Assembly: GCA_964016885.1 (NCBI GenBank) | Contig: OZ024742.1 | Location: 357,492,001 to 357,556,000, forward strand | Direction of reading: 5' to 3' | DNA: 64,000 nt | Source of the DNA: Eledone cirrhosa | Lineage: Eukaryota | In this document: in pieces, positions 18,001 to 36,000 of the stretch | Layout of the letters: each line of letters opens with the position of its first letter | Numbering within the stretch: the first letter of the stretch is position 1 | The notes under the pieces: model-generated | Told to the model about the DNA's origin: nothing | Seen by the model: only the letters and a program-made list of their open reading frames with translations | Database searches by the model: none | Translations under genes and position numbers: made by a program

Positions 18001-21000
18001 ACATATATATGTCACCTAGATGTATTCTATACATATATATGTCATCGAGGATATATTCTATACATATATATGTCATCTAGATGTCTTCTATACAAATATA
18101 TGTCATCTAGATGTATTCTATACATATATATGTCATCTAGATGTATTCTCTATATATATATGTCATCTAGATGTATTCTATACATATATATGTCATCTAG
18201 ATATACTCTATACATATATACGTCATCTAGATGTATTCTATACATATGTCATCCAGATGTATTCTATATATATATATTTCATCTATATGTATTCTATACA
18301 CATGTATGTCATCTAGATGTATTCTATTCACATGTATGTCATCCAGATGTATTATCTTCACATGTATGTCATCCAGATGTATTCTCTTCACATGTATGTC
18401 ATCCAGATGTATTCTATACATATGTATGTCATCCAGATGTATTCTATACATATGTATATCATCTAGATCTATTCTATACATATGTACGTCATCCAGATGT
18501 ATTCTATACATATATATGTAATCTAAATGTATTCTATACATATGTACGTCATCCAGATGTATTCTATACTTATATATGTCATCTTGATGTATTCTATACA
18601 TATATATGTCATCTAGATGTATTCTATACAAATATATGTCATCCAGATGTCTTCTATGCATATATATGTCATCTAGATGTATTCTATACATATGTATGTC
18701 ATCTAGTTTTTTTCTATACATATGTACGTAATTCAGATGTATTCTATACATATATATGTCATCCAGATGTATTCTATATGTTATATATATGTCATCTAGA
18801 TGTATTCCACACATATATATTTATTCTAGATGTATTCTATACCTATCTATGTCATCTAGATGTATTCTATACATATATATGTCATCTATATGTATTCTAT
18901 ACATATATATATATATGTTATCTAGATGTATTCTATACATATGTATGTCATCCAGATGTATTCTATACATATATATGTCATCTAAATGTATTCTATACAT
19001 ATGTATGTCATCTAGATGTATTCTATACATATATATGTCATCCAGATGTATTCTATACATATATATGTCATCTAGATGTATTCTATACATATGTATGTCA
19101 TCTCGGTGTATTCTATACATATGTATGTCATCTAGATGTATTGTATACATATGTATGTCATCTAGATCTATTCTATACATATATATGTCATCCAGATGTA
19201 TTCTATACATATATATATCATCTAGATGTATTCTATACATATGTACGTGATCCAGATGTATTCTATACATATATATGTCATCTAGATGTATTCTATACAT
19301 ATATATGTCATCTAGATGTATTCTATACATATGTACGTGATCCAGATGTATTCTAAACACATGTATGTCATCTAGATGTATTCTATACATATATATGTCA
19401 TCTAGATGTATTCTATACATATATATGTCATCAAGATGTATTCTATACATATGTATGTCATCTAGATGTATTCTATACTTATATATGTCGTGCAGCTGTA
19501 TTCTATTCATATATATGTCATCTAGATGTATTCTATACAAATATATGTCATCCAGATGTCTTCTATACATATATATGTCATCTAGATGTATTGTATACAC
19601 ATGTATGTCATCTAGATGTATTCTATACATATATATGTCATCTAGATGTATTCTATACAAATATATGTCATCCAGATGTCTTCTATACATATATATATCA
19701 TCTAGATGTATTCTATTCACATGTGTGTCATCCAGATGTATTCTATTCACATATATGTCATCTAGAAGTATTCTATACATATATATGTCATCTAGATATA
19801 TTCTATACATATGTATGTCACCGAGATGTATTCTATACATATGTGCGTCATCTAGATGTATTCTATACATATATATGTCATCCAGATGTATTCTATACAT
19901 ATATATGTCATCCATATGACTTCTATATATATATATGTCACCTAGATGTATTCTATACATATGTACGTCATCCAGATGTATTCTATACATATATATGTCA
20001 TCTAGATGTATTCTTTACATATATATGTCATCTAGATGTATTCTATACATATGTATGTCATCCAGATGTATTCTATACCTATGTACGTCATCTAGATGTA
20101 TTCTATACATATGTATGTCATATAGATGTATTCTATACATATGTATGTCATCTCGATGTCTTGTATACATATGTATGTCATCCAGATGTATTCTATACAT
20201 ATGTATGTCATCCAGATGTATTCTATACATATGTACGTCATCCAGATGTATTCTATACTTATATATGTCAACTAGATGTATTCCATACATATGTATGTCA
20301 TCTAGATATATTCTATTCATATATATGTCATCTAGATGTATTCTATACATATGTATGTCATCTAGATGTATTCTATACATATATATTTCATCTAGATGTA
20401 TTCTATACATATGTACTTTATCTAGATGTATTCTATACATATGTATGTCATCTAGATGTATTCTATACATATGTACGTCATCTACATGTATTCTATACAT
20501 ATGTATGTCATCTAGATGTATTCTATACATATGTATGTCATCTAGATGTATTCTATACATATGTACGTCATCTAGACGTATTCTATACATATACATGACA
20601 TCTAGATGTATTCTATACAAATATATGTCTTCTAGATGTATTCTATACATATATATGTCATCTAGATGTATTCTATACATATATATGTCATCTAGATGTA
20701 TTCTATACATATATATGTTATCTCGATGTATTCTATACATATATATGTCATCTAGATGTATTCTATACATATGTATGTCATCTAGATGTATTCTATTGAC
20801 ATGTATGTCATCTAGATGTATTCTATACATATGTATGTCATCTCGATGTATTCTATACATATGTACCTCATCTAGATGTATTCTATACATATACAATTGT
20901 AATCTAGATGTATTCTATACATATGTACGTCATCCAGATGTACTCTATACATATATATGTCATCTAGATGTATTCTATACATATATATGTCATCTAGATG

Positions 21001-24000
21001 TATTCTTTACATATATATGTCAACTACATGTATTCTATATATATGTATGTCATGTAGATGTATTCTATACATGTGTACCTCATCCAGATGTATTCTATAC
21101 ACATGTATGTCATCCAGATGTATTCTATAAATAAGTACGTCATCCAGATGTATTCTATTCACATATATGTCATCTAGATGTATTCTATTCCCATATATGT
21201 ATTCCAGATGTATTCTATTCATATATATGTCATCTAGATGTATTCTATACATATGTCAACGAGATGTATTCTATACATATGTATGTCATCTAGATGTATT
21301 CTATACATATGTACGTCATCTAGATGTATTCTATACATATGTACGTCATCTAGATGTATTCTATACATATATAATTGTAATCTAGATGTATTCTATACAT
21401 ATGTATGTCGTCTAGATGTATTCTAAACATAAGTAATTCATCTAGATGTATTCTATACACGTGTATGTCATCTAGATGTATTCTATACATATATATGTCA
21501 TCCAGATGTCTTCTATACATATATATGTCACCTAGATGTATTCAATACATATGTATGTCATCTAGATGTATTCTATATATATATATGTCATCTAGATGTA
21601 TTCTATACATATATATGTCACCTAGATGTATTCTATACATATATATGTCATCTAGATATGTTCTATACATATATATGTCATCTAGATGTCTTCTATACAA
21701 ATATATGTCATCTAGATGTATTCTATACATATATATGTCATCTAGATGTATTCTCTATATATATATGTCATCTAGATGTATTCTATACATATATATGTCA
21801 TCTAGATATATTCTATACATATATACGTCATCTAGATGTATTCTATACATATGTCATCCAGATGTATTCTATATATATATATTTCATCCATATGTATTCT
21901 ATACACATGTATGTCATCTAGATGTATTCTATTCACATGTATGTCATCCAGATGTATTATCTTCACATGTATGTCATCCAGATGTATTCTCTTCACATGT
22001 ATGTCATCCAGATGTATTCTATACATATGTATGTCATCCAGATGTATTCTATACATATGTATATCATCTAGATGTATTCTATACATATGTACGTCATCCA
22101 GATGTATTCTATACATATATATGTAATCTAAATGTATTCTATACATATATATGTCATCCAGATGTATTCTATATATTATATATATGTCATCTAGATGTAT
22201 TCCACACATATATATTTATTCTAGATGTATTCTATACATATCTATGTCATCTAGATGTATTCTATACATATATATGTCATCTATATGTATTCTATACATA
22301 TATATGTCATCTAGATGTATTCTATACAAATATATGTCATCCAGATGTCTTCTATGCATATATATGTCATCTAGATGTATTCTATACATATGTATGTCAT
22401 CTAGTTTTTTTCTATACATATGTACGTAATTCAGATGTATTCTATACATATATATGTCATCCAGATGTATTCTATATATTATATATATGTCATCTAGATG
22501 TATTCCACACATATATATTTATTCTAGATGTATTCTATACATATCTATGTCATCTAGATGTATTCTATACATATATATGTCATCTATATGTATTCTATAC
22601 ATATATATATATATGTTATCTAGATGTATTCTATACATATGTATGTCATCCAGATGTATTCTATACATATATATGTCATCTAGATGTATTCTATACATAT
22701 GTATGTCATCTAGATGTATTCTATACATATATATGTCGTCCAGATGTATTCTATACATATATATGTCATCTAGATGTATTCTATACATATGTATGTCATC
22801 TCGGTGTATTCTATACATATGTATGTCATCTAGATGTATTGTATACATATGTATGTCATCTAGATCTATTCTATACATATATATGTCATCCAGATGTATT
22901 CTATACATATATATATCATCTAGATGTATTCTATACATATGTACGTGATCCAGATGTATTCTATACATATATATGTCATCTAGATGTATTCTATAGATAT
23001 ATATGTCATCTAGATGTATTCTATACATATATATGTCATCTAGATGTATTCTATACATATATATGTCATCTAGATGTATTCTATACATATGTACGTGATC
23101 CAGATGTATTCTGAACACATGTATGTCATCTAGATGTATTCTATACATATATATGTCATCTAGATGTATTCTATACATATATATGTCATCAAGATGTATT
23201 CTATACATATGTATGTCATCTAGATGTATTCTATACTTATATATGTCGTGCAGCTGTATTCTATTCATATATATGTCATCTAGATGTATTCTATACAAAT
23301 ATATGTCATCCAGATGTCTTCTATACATATATATGTCATCTAGATGTATTGTATACACATGTATGTCATCTAGATGTATTCTATACATATATATGTCATC
23401 TAGATGTATTCTATACAAATATATGTCATCCAGATGTCTTCTATACATATATATATCATCTAGATGTATTCTATTCACATGTGTGTCATCCAGATGTATT
23501 CTATTCACATATATGTCATCTAGAAGTATTCTATACATATATATGTCATCTAGATGTATTCTATACATATGTATGTCACCGAGATGTATTCTATACATAT
23601 GTGCGTCATCTAGATGTATTCTATACATATATATGTCATCCAGATGTATTCTATACATATATATGTCATCCATATGACTTCTATATATATATATGTCACC
23701 TAGATGTATTCTATACATATGTACGTCATCCAGATGTATTCTATACATATATATGTCATCTAGATGTATTCTTTACATATATATGTCATCTAGATGTATT
23801 CTATACATATGTATGTCATCCAGATGTATTCTATACCTATGTACGTCATCTAGATGTATTCTATACATATGTATGTCATATAGATGTATTCTATACATAT
23901 GTATGTCATCTCGATGTCTTGTATACATATGTATGTCATCCAGATGTATTCTATACATATGTATGTCATCCAGATGTATTCTATACATATGTACGTCATC

Positions 24001-27000
24001 CAGATGTATTCTATACATATATATGTCATCTATATGTATTCTATACATATATATGTCAACTAGATGTATTCCATACATATGTATGTCATCTAGATATATT
24101 CTATTCATATATATGTCATCTAGATGTATTCTATACATATGTATGTCATCTAGATGTATTCTATACATATATATTTCATCTAGATGTATTCTATACATAT
24201 GTACTTTATCTAGATGTATTCTATACATATGTATGTCATCTAGATGTATTCTATACATATGTACGTCATCTACATGTATTCTATACATATGTATGTCATC
24301 TAGATGTATTCTATACATATGTATGTCATCTAGATGTATTCTATACATATGTACGTCATCTAGATGTATTCTATACATATACATGACATCTAGATGTATT
24401 CTATACAAATATATGTCTTCTAGATGTATTCTATACATATATATGTCATCTAGATGTATTCTATACATATATATGTCATCTAGATGTATTCTATACATAT
24501 ATATGTTATCTCGATGTATTCTATACATATATATGTCATCTAGATGTATTCTATACATATGTATGTCATCTAGATGTATTCTATTGACATGTATGTCATC
24601 TAGATGTATTCTATACATATGTATGTCATCTCGATGTATTCTATACATATGTACCTCATCTAGATGTATTCTATACATATACAATTGTAATCTAGATGTA
24701 TTCTATACATATGTACGTCATCCAGATGTACTCTATACATATATATGTCATCTAAATGTATTCTATACATATATATGTCATCTAGATGTATTCTTTACAT
24801 ATATATGTCAACTACATGTATTCTATATATATGTATGTCATGTAGATGTATTCTATACATGTGTACCTCATCCAGATGTATTCTATACACATGTATGTCA
24901 TCCAGATGTATTCTATAAATAAGTACGTCATCCAGATGTATTCTATTCACATATATGTCATCTAGATGTATTCTATTCCCATATATGTATTCCAGATGTA
25001 TTCTATTCATATATATGTCATCTAGATGTATTCTATACATATGTCAACGAGATGTATTCTATACATATGTATGTCATCTAGATGTATTCTATACATATGT
25101 ACGTCATCTAGATGTATTCTATACATATGTACGTCATCTAGATGTATTCTATACATATATAATTGTAATCTAGATGTATTCTATACATATGTATGTCGTC
25201 TAGATGTATTCTAAACATAAGTAATTCATCTAGATGTATTCTATACACGTGTATGTCATCTAGATGTATTCTATACATATATATGTCATCCAGATGTCTT
25301 CTATACATATATATGTCACCTAGATGTATTCAATACATATGTATGTCATCTAGATGTATTCTATATATATATATGTCATCTAGATGTATTCTATACATAT
25401 ATATGTCACCTAGATGTATTCTATACATATATATGTCATCTAGATATGTTCTATACATATATATGTCATCTAGATGTCTTCTATACAAATATATGTCATC
25501 TAGATGTATTCTATACATATATATGTCATCTAGATGTATTCTCTATATATATATGTCATCTAGATGTATTCTATACATATATATGTCATCTAGATATATT
25601 CTATACATATATACGTCATCTAGATGTATTCTATACATATGTCATCCAGATGTATTCTATATATATATATTTCATCCATATGTATTCTATACACATGTAT
25701 GTCATCTAGATGTATTCTATTCACATGTATGTCATCCAGATGTATTATCTTCACATGTATGTCATCCAGATGTATTCTCTTCACATGTATGTCATCCAGA
25801 TGTATTCTATACATATGTATGTCATCCAGATGTATTCTATACATATGTATATCATCTAGATGTATTCTATACATATGTACGTCATCCAGATGTATTCTAT
25901 ACATATATATGTAATCTAAATGTATTCTATACATATATATGTCATCCAGATGTCTTCTATACATATATATGTCACCTAGATGTATTCAATACATATGTAT
26001 GTCATCTAGATGTATTCTATATATATATATGTCATCTAGATGTATTCTATACATATATATGTCACCTAGATGTATTCTATACATATATATGTCATCTAGA
26101 TATGTTCTATACATATATATGTCATCTAGATGTCTTCTATACAAATATATGTCATCTAGATGTATTCTATACATATATATGTCATCTAGATGTATTCTCT
26201 ATATATATATGTCATCTAGATGTATTCTATACATATATATGTCATCTAGATATATTCTATACATATATACGTCATCTAGATGTATTCTATACATATGTCA
26301 TCCAGATGTATTCTATATATATATATTTCATCCATATGTATTCTATACACATGTATGTCATCTAGATGTATTCTATTCACATGTATGTCATCCAGATGTA
26401 TTATCTTCACATGTATGTCATCCAGATGTATTCTCTTCACATGTATGTCATCCAGATGTATTCTATACATATGTATGTCATCCAGATGTATTCTATACAT
26501 ATGTATATCATCTAGATGTATTCTATACATATGTACGTCATCCAGATGTATTCTATATATTATATATATGTCATCTAGATGTATTCCACACATATATATT
26601 TATTCTAGATGTATTCTATACATATCTATGTCATCTAGATGTATTCTATACATATATATGTCATCTATATGTATTCTATACATATATATATATATGTTAT
26701 CTAGATGTATTCTATACATATGTATGTCATCCAGATGTATTCTATATATTGTATATATGTCATCTAGATGTATTCCACACATATATATTTATTCTAGATG
26801 TATTCTATACATATCTATGTCATCTAGATGTATTCTATACATATATATGTCATCTATATGTATTCTATACATATATATATATATGTTATCTAGATGTATT
26901 CTATACATATGTATGTCATCCAGATGTATTCTATACATATATATGTCATCTAGATGTATTCTATACATATGTATGTCATCTAGATGTATTCTATACATAT

Positions 27001-30000
27001 ATATGTCATCCAGATATATTCTATACATATATATGTCATCTAGATGTATTCTATACATATGTATGTCATCTCGGTGTATTCTATACATATGTATGTCATC
27101 TAGATGTATTGTATACATATGTATGTCATCTAGATCTATTCTATACATATATATGTCATCCAGATGTATTCTATACATATATATATCATCTAGATGTATT
27201 CTATACATATGTACGTGATCCAGATGTATTCTATACATATATATGTCATCTAGATGTATTCTATAGATATATATGTCATCTAGATGTATTCTATACATAT
27301 ATATGTCATCTAGATGTATTCTATACATATATATGTTATCTCGATGTATTCTATACATATATATGTCATCTAGATGTATTGTATACATATGTATGTCATC
27401 TAGATGTATTCTATTGACATGTATGTCATCTAGATGTATTCTATACATATGTATGTCATCTCGATGTATTCTATACATATGTACCTCATCTAGATGTATT
27501 CTATACATATAAAATTGTAATCTAGATGTATTCTATACATATGTACGTCATCCAGATGTACTCTATACATATATATGTCATCTAGATGTATTCTATACAT
27601 ATATATGTCATCTAGATGTATTCTTTACATATATATGTCAACTACATGTATTCTATATATATGTATGTCATGTAGATGCATTCTATAAATATGTATGTCA
27701 TCTAGATGTATTCTATACATGTGTACGTCATCCAGATGTATTCTATACACATGTATGTCATCCAGATGTATTCTATAAATAAGTACGTCATCCAGATGTA
27801 TTCTATTCACATATATGTCATCTAGATGTATTCTATTCCCATACATGTATTCCAGATGTATTCTATTCATATATATGTCATCTAGATGTATTCTATACAT
27901 ATGTCAACGAGATGTATTCTATACATATGTATGTCATCTAGATGTATTCTATACATATGTACGTCATCTAGATGTATTCTATACATATGTACGTCATCTA
28001 GATGTATTCTATACATATATAATTTTAATCTAGATGTATTCTATACATATGAATGTCGTCTAGATGTATTCTAAACATAAGTAATTCATCTAGATGTATT
28101 CTATACACGTGTATGTCATCTAGATGTATTCTATACATATATATGTCATCCAGATGTCTTCTATACATATATATGTCACCTAGATGTATTCTATACATAT
28201 GTATGTCATCTAGATGTATTCTATATATATATATGTCATCTAGATGTATTCTATACATATATATGTCACCTAGATGTATTCTATACATATATATGTCATC
28301 TAGATATATTCTATACATATATATGTCATCTAGATGTCTTCTATACAAATATATGTCATCTAGATGTATTCTATACATATATATGTCATCTAGATGTATT
28401 CTCTATATATATATGTCATCTAGATGTATTCTATACATATATATGTCATCTAGATATATTCTATACATATATACGTCATCTAGATGTATTCTATACATAT
28501 GTCATCCAGATGTATTCTATATATATATATTTCATCCATATGTATTCTATACACATGTATGTCATCTAGATGTATTCTATTCACATGTATGTCATCCAGA
28601 TGTATTATCTTCACATGTATGTCATCCAGATGTATTCTCTTCACATGTATGTCATCCAGATGTATTCTATACATATGTATGTCATCCAGATGTATTCTAT
28701 ACATATGTATATCATCTAGATGTATTCTATACATATGTACGTCATCCAGATGTATTCTATACATATATATGTAATCTAAATGTATTCTATACATATGTAC
28801 GTCATCCAGATGTATTCTATACTTATATATGTCATCTTGATGTATTCTATACATATATATGTCATCTAGATGTATTCTATACAAATATATGTCATCCAGA
28901 TGTCTTCTATGCATATATATGTCATCTAGATGTATTCTATACATATGTATGTCATCTAGTTTTTTTCTATACATATGTACGTAATTCAGATGTATTCTAT
29001 ACATATATATGTCATCCAGATGTATTCTATATATTATATATATGTCATCTAGATGTATTCCACACATATATATTTATTCTAGATGTATTTTATACATATC
29101 TATGTCATCTAGATGTATTCTATACATATATATGTCATCTATATGTATTCTATACATATATATATATATGTTATCTAGATGTATTCTATACATATGTATG
29201 TCATCCAGATGTATTCTATACATATATATGTCATCTAGATGTATTCTATACATATGTATGTCATCTAGATGTATTCTATACATATATATGTCATCCAGAT
29301 GTATTCTATACATATATATGTCATCTAGATGTATTCTATACATATGTATGTCATCTCGGTGTATTCTATACATATGTATGTCATCTAGATGTATTGTATA
29401 CATATGTATGTCATCTAGATCTATTCTATACATATATATGTCATCCAGATGTATTCTATACATATATATATCATCTAGATGTATTCTATACATATGTACG
29501 TGATCCAGATGTATTCTATACATATATATGTCATCTAGATGTATTCTATACATATATATGTCATCTAGATGTATTCTATACATATGTACGTGATCCAGAT
29601 GTATTCTAAACACATGTATGTCATCTAGATGTATTCTATACATATATATGTCATCTAGATGTATTCTATACATATATATGTCATCTAGATGTATTCTATA
29701 CATATGTACGTGATCAAGATGTATTCTATACATATGTATGTCATCTAGATGTATTCTATACATAAGTATGTCATCCAGATGTATTCTATTCACATGTATG
29801 TCATCCAGATGTATTCTGTACACATGTATGTCATCTAGATGTATTCTATTCACATGTATGTCATCTAGATGTATTCTATACATATGTACGTCATCCAGAT
29901 GTATTCTATACATATACATGTCATCCAGATGTATTCTATACATATATATGTCATCCAGATGTATTCTATACATATGTACGTCATCTAGAAGAATTCTATA

Positions 30001-33000
30001 CATATATATGTCATCAAGATGTATTCTATACATATATATGTTAACTAGATGTATTCTATACATATGTATGTCATCCAGATATATTCTATACATATGTATG
30101 TCATCTAGATTTATTCAATACATATGTACGTAATCCAGATGTATTCTATACATATATATGTCATCTAGATGTATTCTATACATATATATGTCATCTAGAT
30201 GTATTCTATGCATATATATGTCATCTAGATGTCTTCTATATATTATATATATGTCATCTAGATGTATTCTATACATATATATGTCAACTAGATGTATTCT
30301 ATACATATGTATGTCATCTAGATGTATTCTATATATATATATGTCATCTAGATGACTTCTATACATATATATGTCATCTAGAAGTATTCTATACATATAT
30401 ATATCGTCTAGATGTATTCTATACACATGTATGTCATCCAGATGTATTCTATACATATATATGTCATCTAGAAGTATTCTATACATATGTATATCATCTA
30501 GATGTATTCTATACACATGTATGTCATTCAGATGTATTCTATACATATATATGTCATCTAGATGTATTCTATACATATGTATGTCATGTAGATGTATTCT
30601 ATACATATGTATGTCATCTGGATGTATTCTATACATATGTATCTCATCTAGATTTATTCTATACATATATATGTCATCTAGATGTATTCTATACATATAT
30701 AATTGTAATCTAGATGTATTCTATACACATGTATGTCATCTAGATGTATTCTATACATATGTATGTCATCTAGATGTCTTCTATACATATATATGCCATC
30801 CAGATTTATTCTATACATATATATGTCATCTAGATGTATTCTATACATATGTATGTCATCTAGATGTATTCTATACATATGTACGTCATCCAGATGTATT
30901 CTATACATATATATGTCATCCAGATGTATTCTATACATATGTTTCTCATCTAGATGTATTCTATATATATATATATGTCATCCAGATGTATTCTATACAT
31001 ATGTATGTCATCCAGATGTATTCTATACATATATATGTCATCTTGATGTATTCTATACATATATATGTCATCCAGATGTCTTCTATACATATATATGTCA
31101 TCTAGATGTATTCTATACATATATACGTCATCTAGATGTATTCTATACATATGTCATCCAGATGTATTCTATACATATATATGTCATCCATATGTATTCT
31201 ATACACATTTATGTCATCTAGATGTATTCTATTCACATGTATGTCATCCAGATGTATTATCTTCACATGTATGTCATCCAGATGTATTGTCTTCACATGT
31301 ATGTCATCCAGATGTATTCTATACATATGTATGTCATCCAGATGTATTCTATACATATGTATATCATCTAGATGTATTCTATACATATGTATGTCATCCA
31401 GATCTATTCTATACATATGTATGTCATCTAGATGTATTTTCTTCACATGTATGTCATCCAGATGTATTCTCTTCACATGTATGTCATCCAGATGTATTCT
31501 ATACATATATATGTCATCCAGATATATTCTATACATATATATGTCATCTAGATGTATTCTATACATATATATGTCTTCCAGATGTCTTCTATACATATAT
31601 ATGTCATCTAGATGTATTCTATACATATATACGTCATCTAGATGTATTCTATACATATGTCATCCAGATGTATTCTATACATATATATGTCATCCATATG
31701 TATTCTATACACATTTATGTCATCTAGATGTATTCTATTCACATGTATGTCATCCAGATGTATTATCTTCACATGTATGTCATCCAGATGTATTCTCTTC
31801 ACATGTATGTCATCCAGATGTATTCTATACATATGTATATCATCTAGATGTATTCTATACATATGTATGTCATCCAGAGGTATTCTATACATATGTATGT
31901 CATCTAGATGTATTTTCTTCACATGTATGTCATCCAGATGTATTCTCTTCACATGTATGTCATCCAGATGTATTCTATACATATATATGTCATCCAGATA
32001 TATTCTATACATATATATGTCATCTAGATGTATTCTATACATATGTATGTCATCCAGATGTATTCTATACATATGTATGTCATCTAGATGTATTCTATAC
32101 ATATGTATATCATCCAGATGTATTCTATACATATGTCATCCAGATGTATTCTATACATATGTATGTCATCCAGATGTATTCTATACATATGTACGTCATC
32201 TAGATGTATTCTATACATATGTATATCATCCAGATGTATTCTATACATATGTCATCCAGATGTATTCTATACATATGTATGTCATCCAGATGTATTCTAT
32301 ACATATGTCATCCAGATGTATTCTATTCAAATGTATGTCATCTAGATGTATTCTATACATATATATGTCATCTAGATGTATTCTATACATATGTATGTCA
32401 TCCAGATGTATTCTATACATATATATGTCATCTAGATGTATTCTATACATATATATGTCAACTAGATGTATTCCATACATATGTATGTCATCTAGATATA
32501 TTCTATTCATATATATGTCATCTAGATGTATTCTATACATATGTATGTCATATAGATGTATTCTATACATATGTATGTCATCTCGATGTCTTGTATACAT
32601 ATGTATGTCATCCAGATGTATTCTATACATATGTATGTCATCCAGATGTATTCTATACATATGTACGTCATCCAGATGTATTCTATACATATATATGTCA
32701 TCTATATGTATTCTATACATATATATGTCAACTAGATGTATTCCATACATATGTATGTCATCTAGATATATTCTATTCATATATATGTCATCTAGATGTA
32801 TTCTATACATATGTATGTCATCTAGATGTATTCTATACATATATATTTCATCTAGATGTATTCTATACATATGTACTTTATCTAGATGTATTCTATACAT
32901 ATGTATGTCATCTAGATGTATTCTATACATATGTACGTCATCTACATGTATTCTATACATATGTATGTCATCTAGATGTATTCTATACATATGTATGTCA

Positions 33001-36000
33001 TCTAGATGTATTCTATACATATGTACGTCATCTAGATGTATTCTATACATATACATGACATCTAGATGTATTCTATACAAATATATGTCTTCTAGATGTA
33101 TTCTATACATATATATGTCATCTAGATGTATTCTATACATATATATGTCATCTAGATGTATTCTATACATATATATGTTATCTCGATGTATTCTATACAT
33201 ATATATGTCATCTAGATGTATTCTATACATATGTATGTCATCTAGATGTATTCTATTGACATGTATGTCATCTAGATGTATTCTATACATATGTATGTCA
33301 TCTCGATGTATTCTATACATATGTACCTCATCTAGATGTATTCTATACATATACAATTGTAATCTAGATGTATTCTATACATATGTACGTCATCCAGATG
33401 TACTCTATACATATATATGTCATCTAGATGTATTCTATACATATATATGTCATCTAGATGTATTCTTTACATATATATGTCAACTACATGTATTCTATAT
33501 ATATGTATGTCATGTAGATGTATTCTATACATGTGTACCTCATCCAGATGTATTCTATACACATGTATGTCATCCAGATGTATTCTATAAATAAGTACGT
33601 CATCCAGATGTATTCTATTCACATATATGTCATCTAGATGTATTCTATTCCCATATATGTATTCCAGATGTATTCTATTCATATATATGTCATCTAGATG
33701 TATTCTATACATATGACAACGAGATGTATTCTATACATATGTATGTCATCTAGATGTATTCTATACATATGTACGTCATCTAGATGTATTCTATACATAT
33801 GTACGTCATCTAGATGTATTCTATACATATATAATTGTAATCTAGATGTATTCTATACATATGTATGTCGTCTAGATGTATTCTAAACATAAGTAATTCA
33901 TCTAGATGTATTCTATACACGTGTATGTCATCTAGATGTATTCTATACATATATATGTCATCCAGATGTCTTCTATACATATATATGTCACCTAGATGTA
34001 TTCAATACATATGTATGTCATCTAGATGTATTCTATATATATATATGTCATCTAGATGTATTCTATACATATATATGTCACCTAGATGTATTCTATACAT
34101 ATATATGTCATCTAGATATGTTCTATACATATATATGTCATCTAGATGTCTTCTATACAAATATATGTCATCTAGATGTATTCTATACATATATATGTCA
34201 TCTAGATGTATTCTCTATATATATATGTCATCTAGATGTATTCTATACATATATATGTCATCTAGATATATTCTATACATATATACGTCATCTAGATGTA
34301 TTCTATACATATGTCATCCAGATGTATTCTATATATATATATTTCATCCATATGTATTCTATACACATGTATGTCATCTAGATGTATTCTATTCACATGT
34401 ATGTCATCCAGATGTATTATCTTCACATGTATGTCATCCAGATGTATTCTCTTCACATGTATGTCATCCAGATGTATTCTATACATATGTATGTCATCCA
34501 GATGTATTCTATACATATGTATATCATCTAGATGTATTCTATACATATGTACGTCATCCAGATGTATTCTATATATTATATATATGTCATCTAGATGTAT
34601 TCCACACATATATATTTATTCTAGATGTATTCTATACATATCTATGTCATCTAGATGTATTCTATACATATATATGTCATCTATATGTATTCTATACATA
34701 TATATATATATGTTATCTAGATGTATTCTATACATATGTATGTCATCCAGATGTATTCTATATATTATATATATGTCATCTAGATGTATTCCACACATAT
34801 ATATTTATTCTAGATGTATTCTATACATATCTATGTCATCTAGATGTATTCTATACATATATATGTCATCTATATGTATTCTATACATATATATATATAT
34901 GTTATCTAGATGTATTCTATACATATGTATGTCATCCAGATGTATTCTATACATATATATGTCATCTAGATGTATTCTATACATATGTATGTCATCTAGA
35001 TGTATTCTATACATATATATGTCATCCAGATATATTCTATACATATATATGTCATCTAGATGTATTCTATACATATGTATGTCATCTCGGTGTATTCTAT
35101 ACATATGTATGTCATCTAGATGTATTGTATACATATGTATGTCATCTAGATCTATTCTATACATATATATGTCATCCAGATGTATTCTATACATATATAT
35201 ATCATCTAGATGTATTCTATACATATGTACGTGATCCAGATGTATTCTATACATATATATGTCATCTAGATGTATTCTATAGATATATATGTCATCTAGA
35301 TGTATTCTATACATATATATGTCATCTAGATGTATTCTATACATATATATGTTATCTCGATGTATTCTATACATATATATGTCATCTAGATGTATTGTAT
35401 ACATATGTATGTCATCTAGATGTATTCTATTGACATGTATGTCATCTAGATGTATTCTATACATATGTATGTCATCTCGATGTATTCTATACATATGTAC
35501 CTCATCTAGATGTATTCTATACATATAAAATTGTAATCTAGATGTATTCTATACATATGTACGTCATCCAGATGTACTCTATACATATATATGTCATCTA
35601 GATGTATTCTATACATATATATGTCATCTAGATGTATTCTTTACATATATATGTCAACTACATGTATTCTATATATATGTATGGCATGTAGATGCATTCT
35701 ATACATATGTATGTCATCTAGATGTATTCTATACATGTGTACGTCATCCAGATGTATTCTATACACATGTATGTCATCCAGATGTATTCTATAAATAAGT
35801 ACGTCATCCAGATGTATTCTATTCACATATATGTCATCTAGATGTATTCTATTCCCATACATGTATTCCAGATGTATTCTATTCATATATATGTCATCTA
35901 GATGTATTCTATACATATGTCAACGAGATGTATTCTATACATATGTATGTCATCTAGATGTATTCTATACATATGTACGTCATCTAGATGTATTCTATAC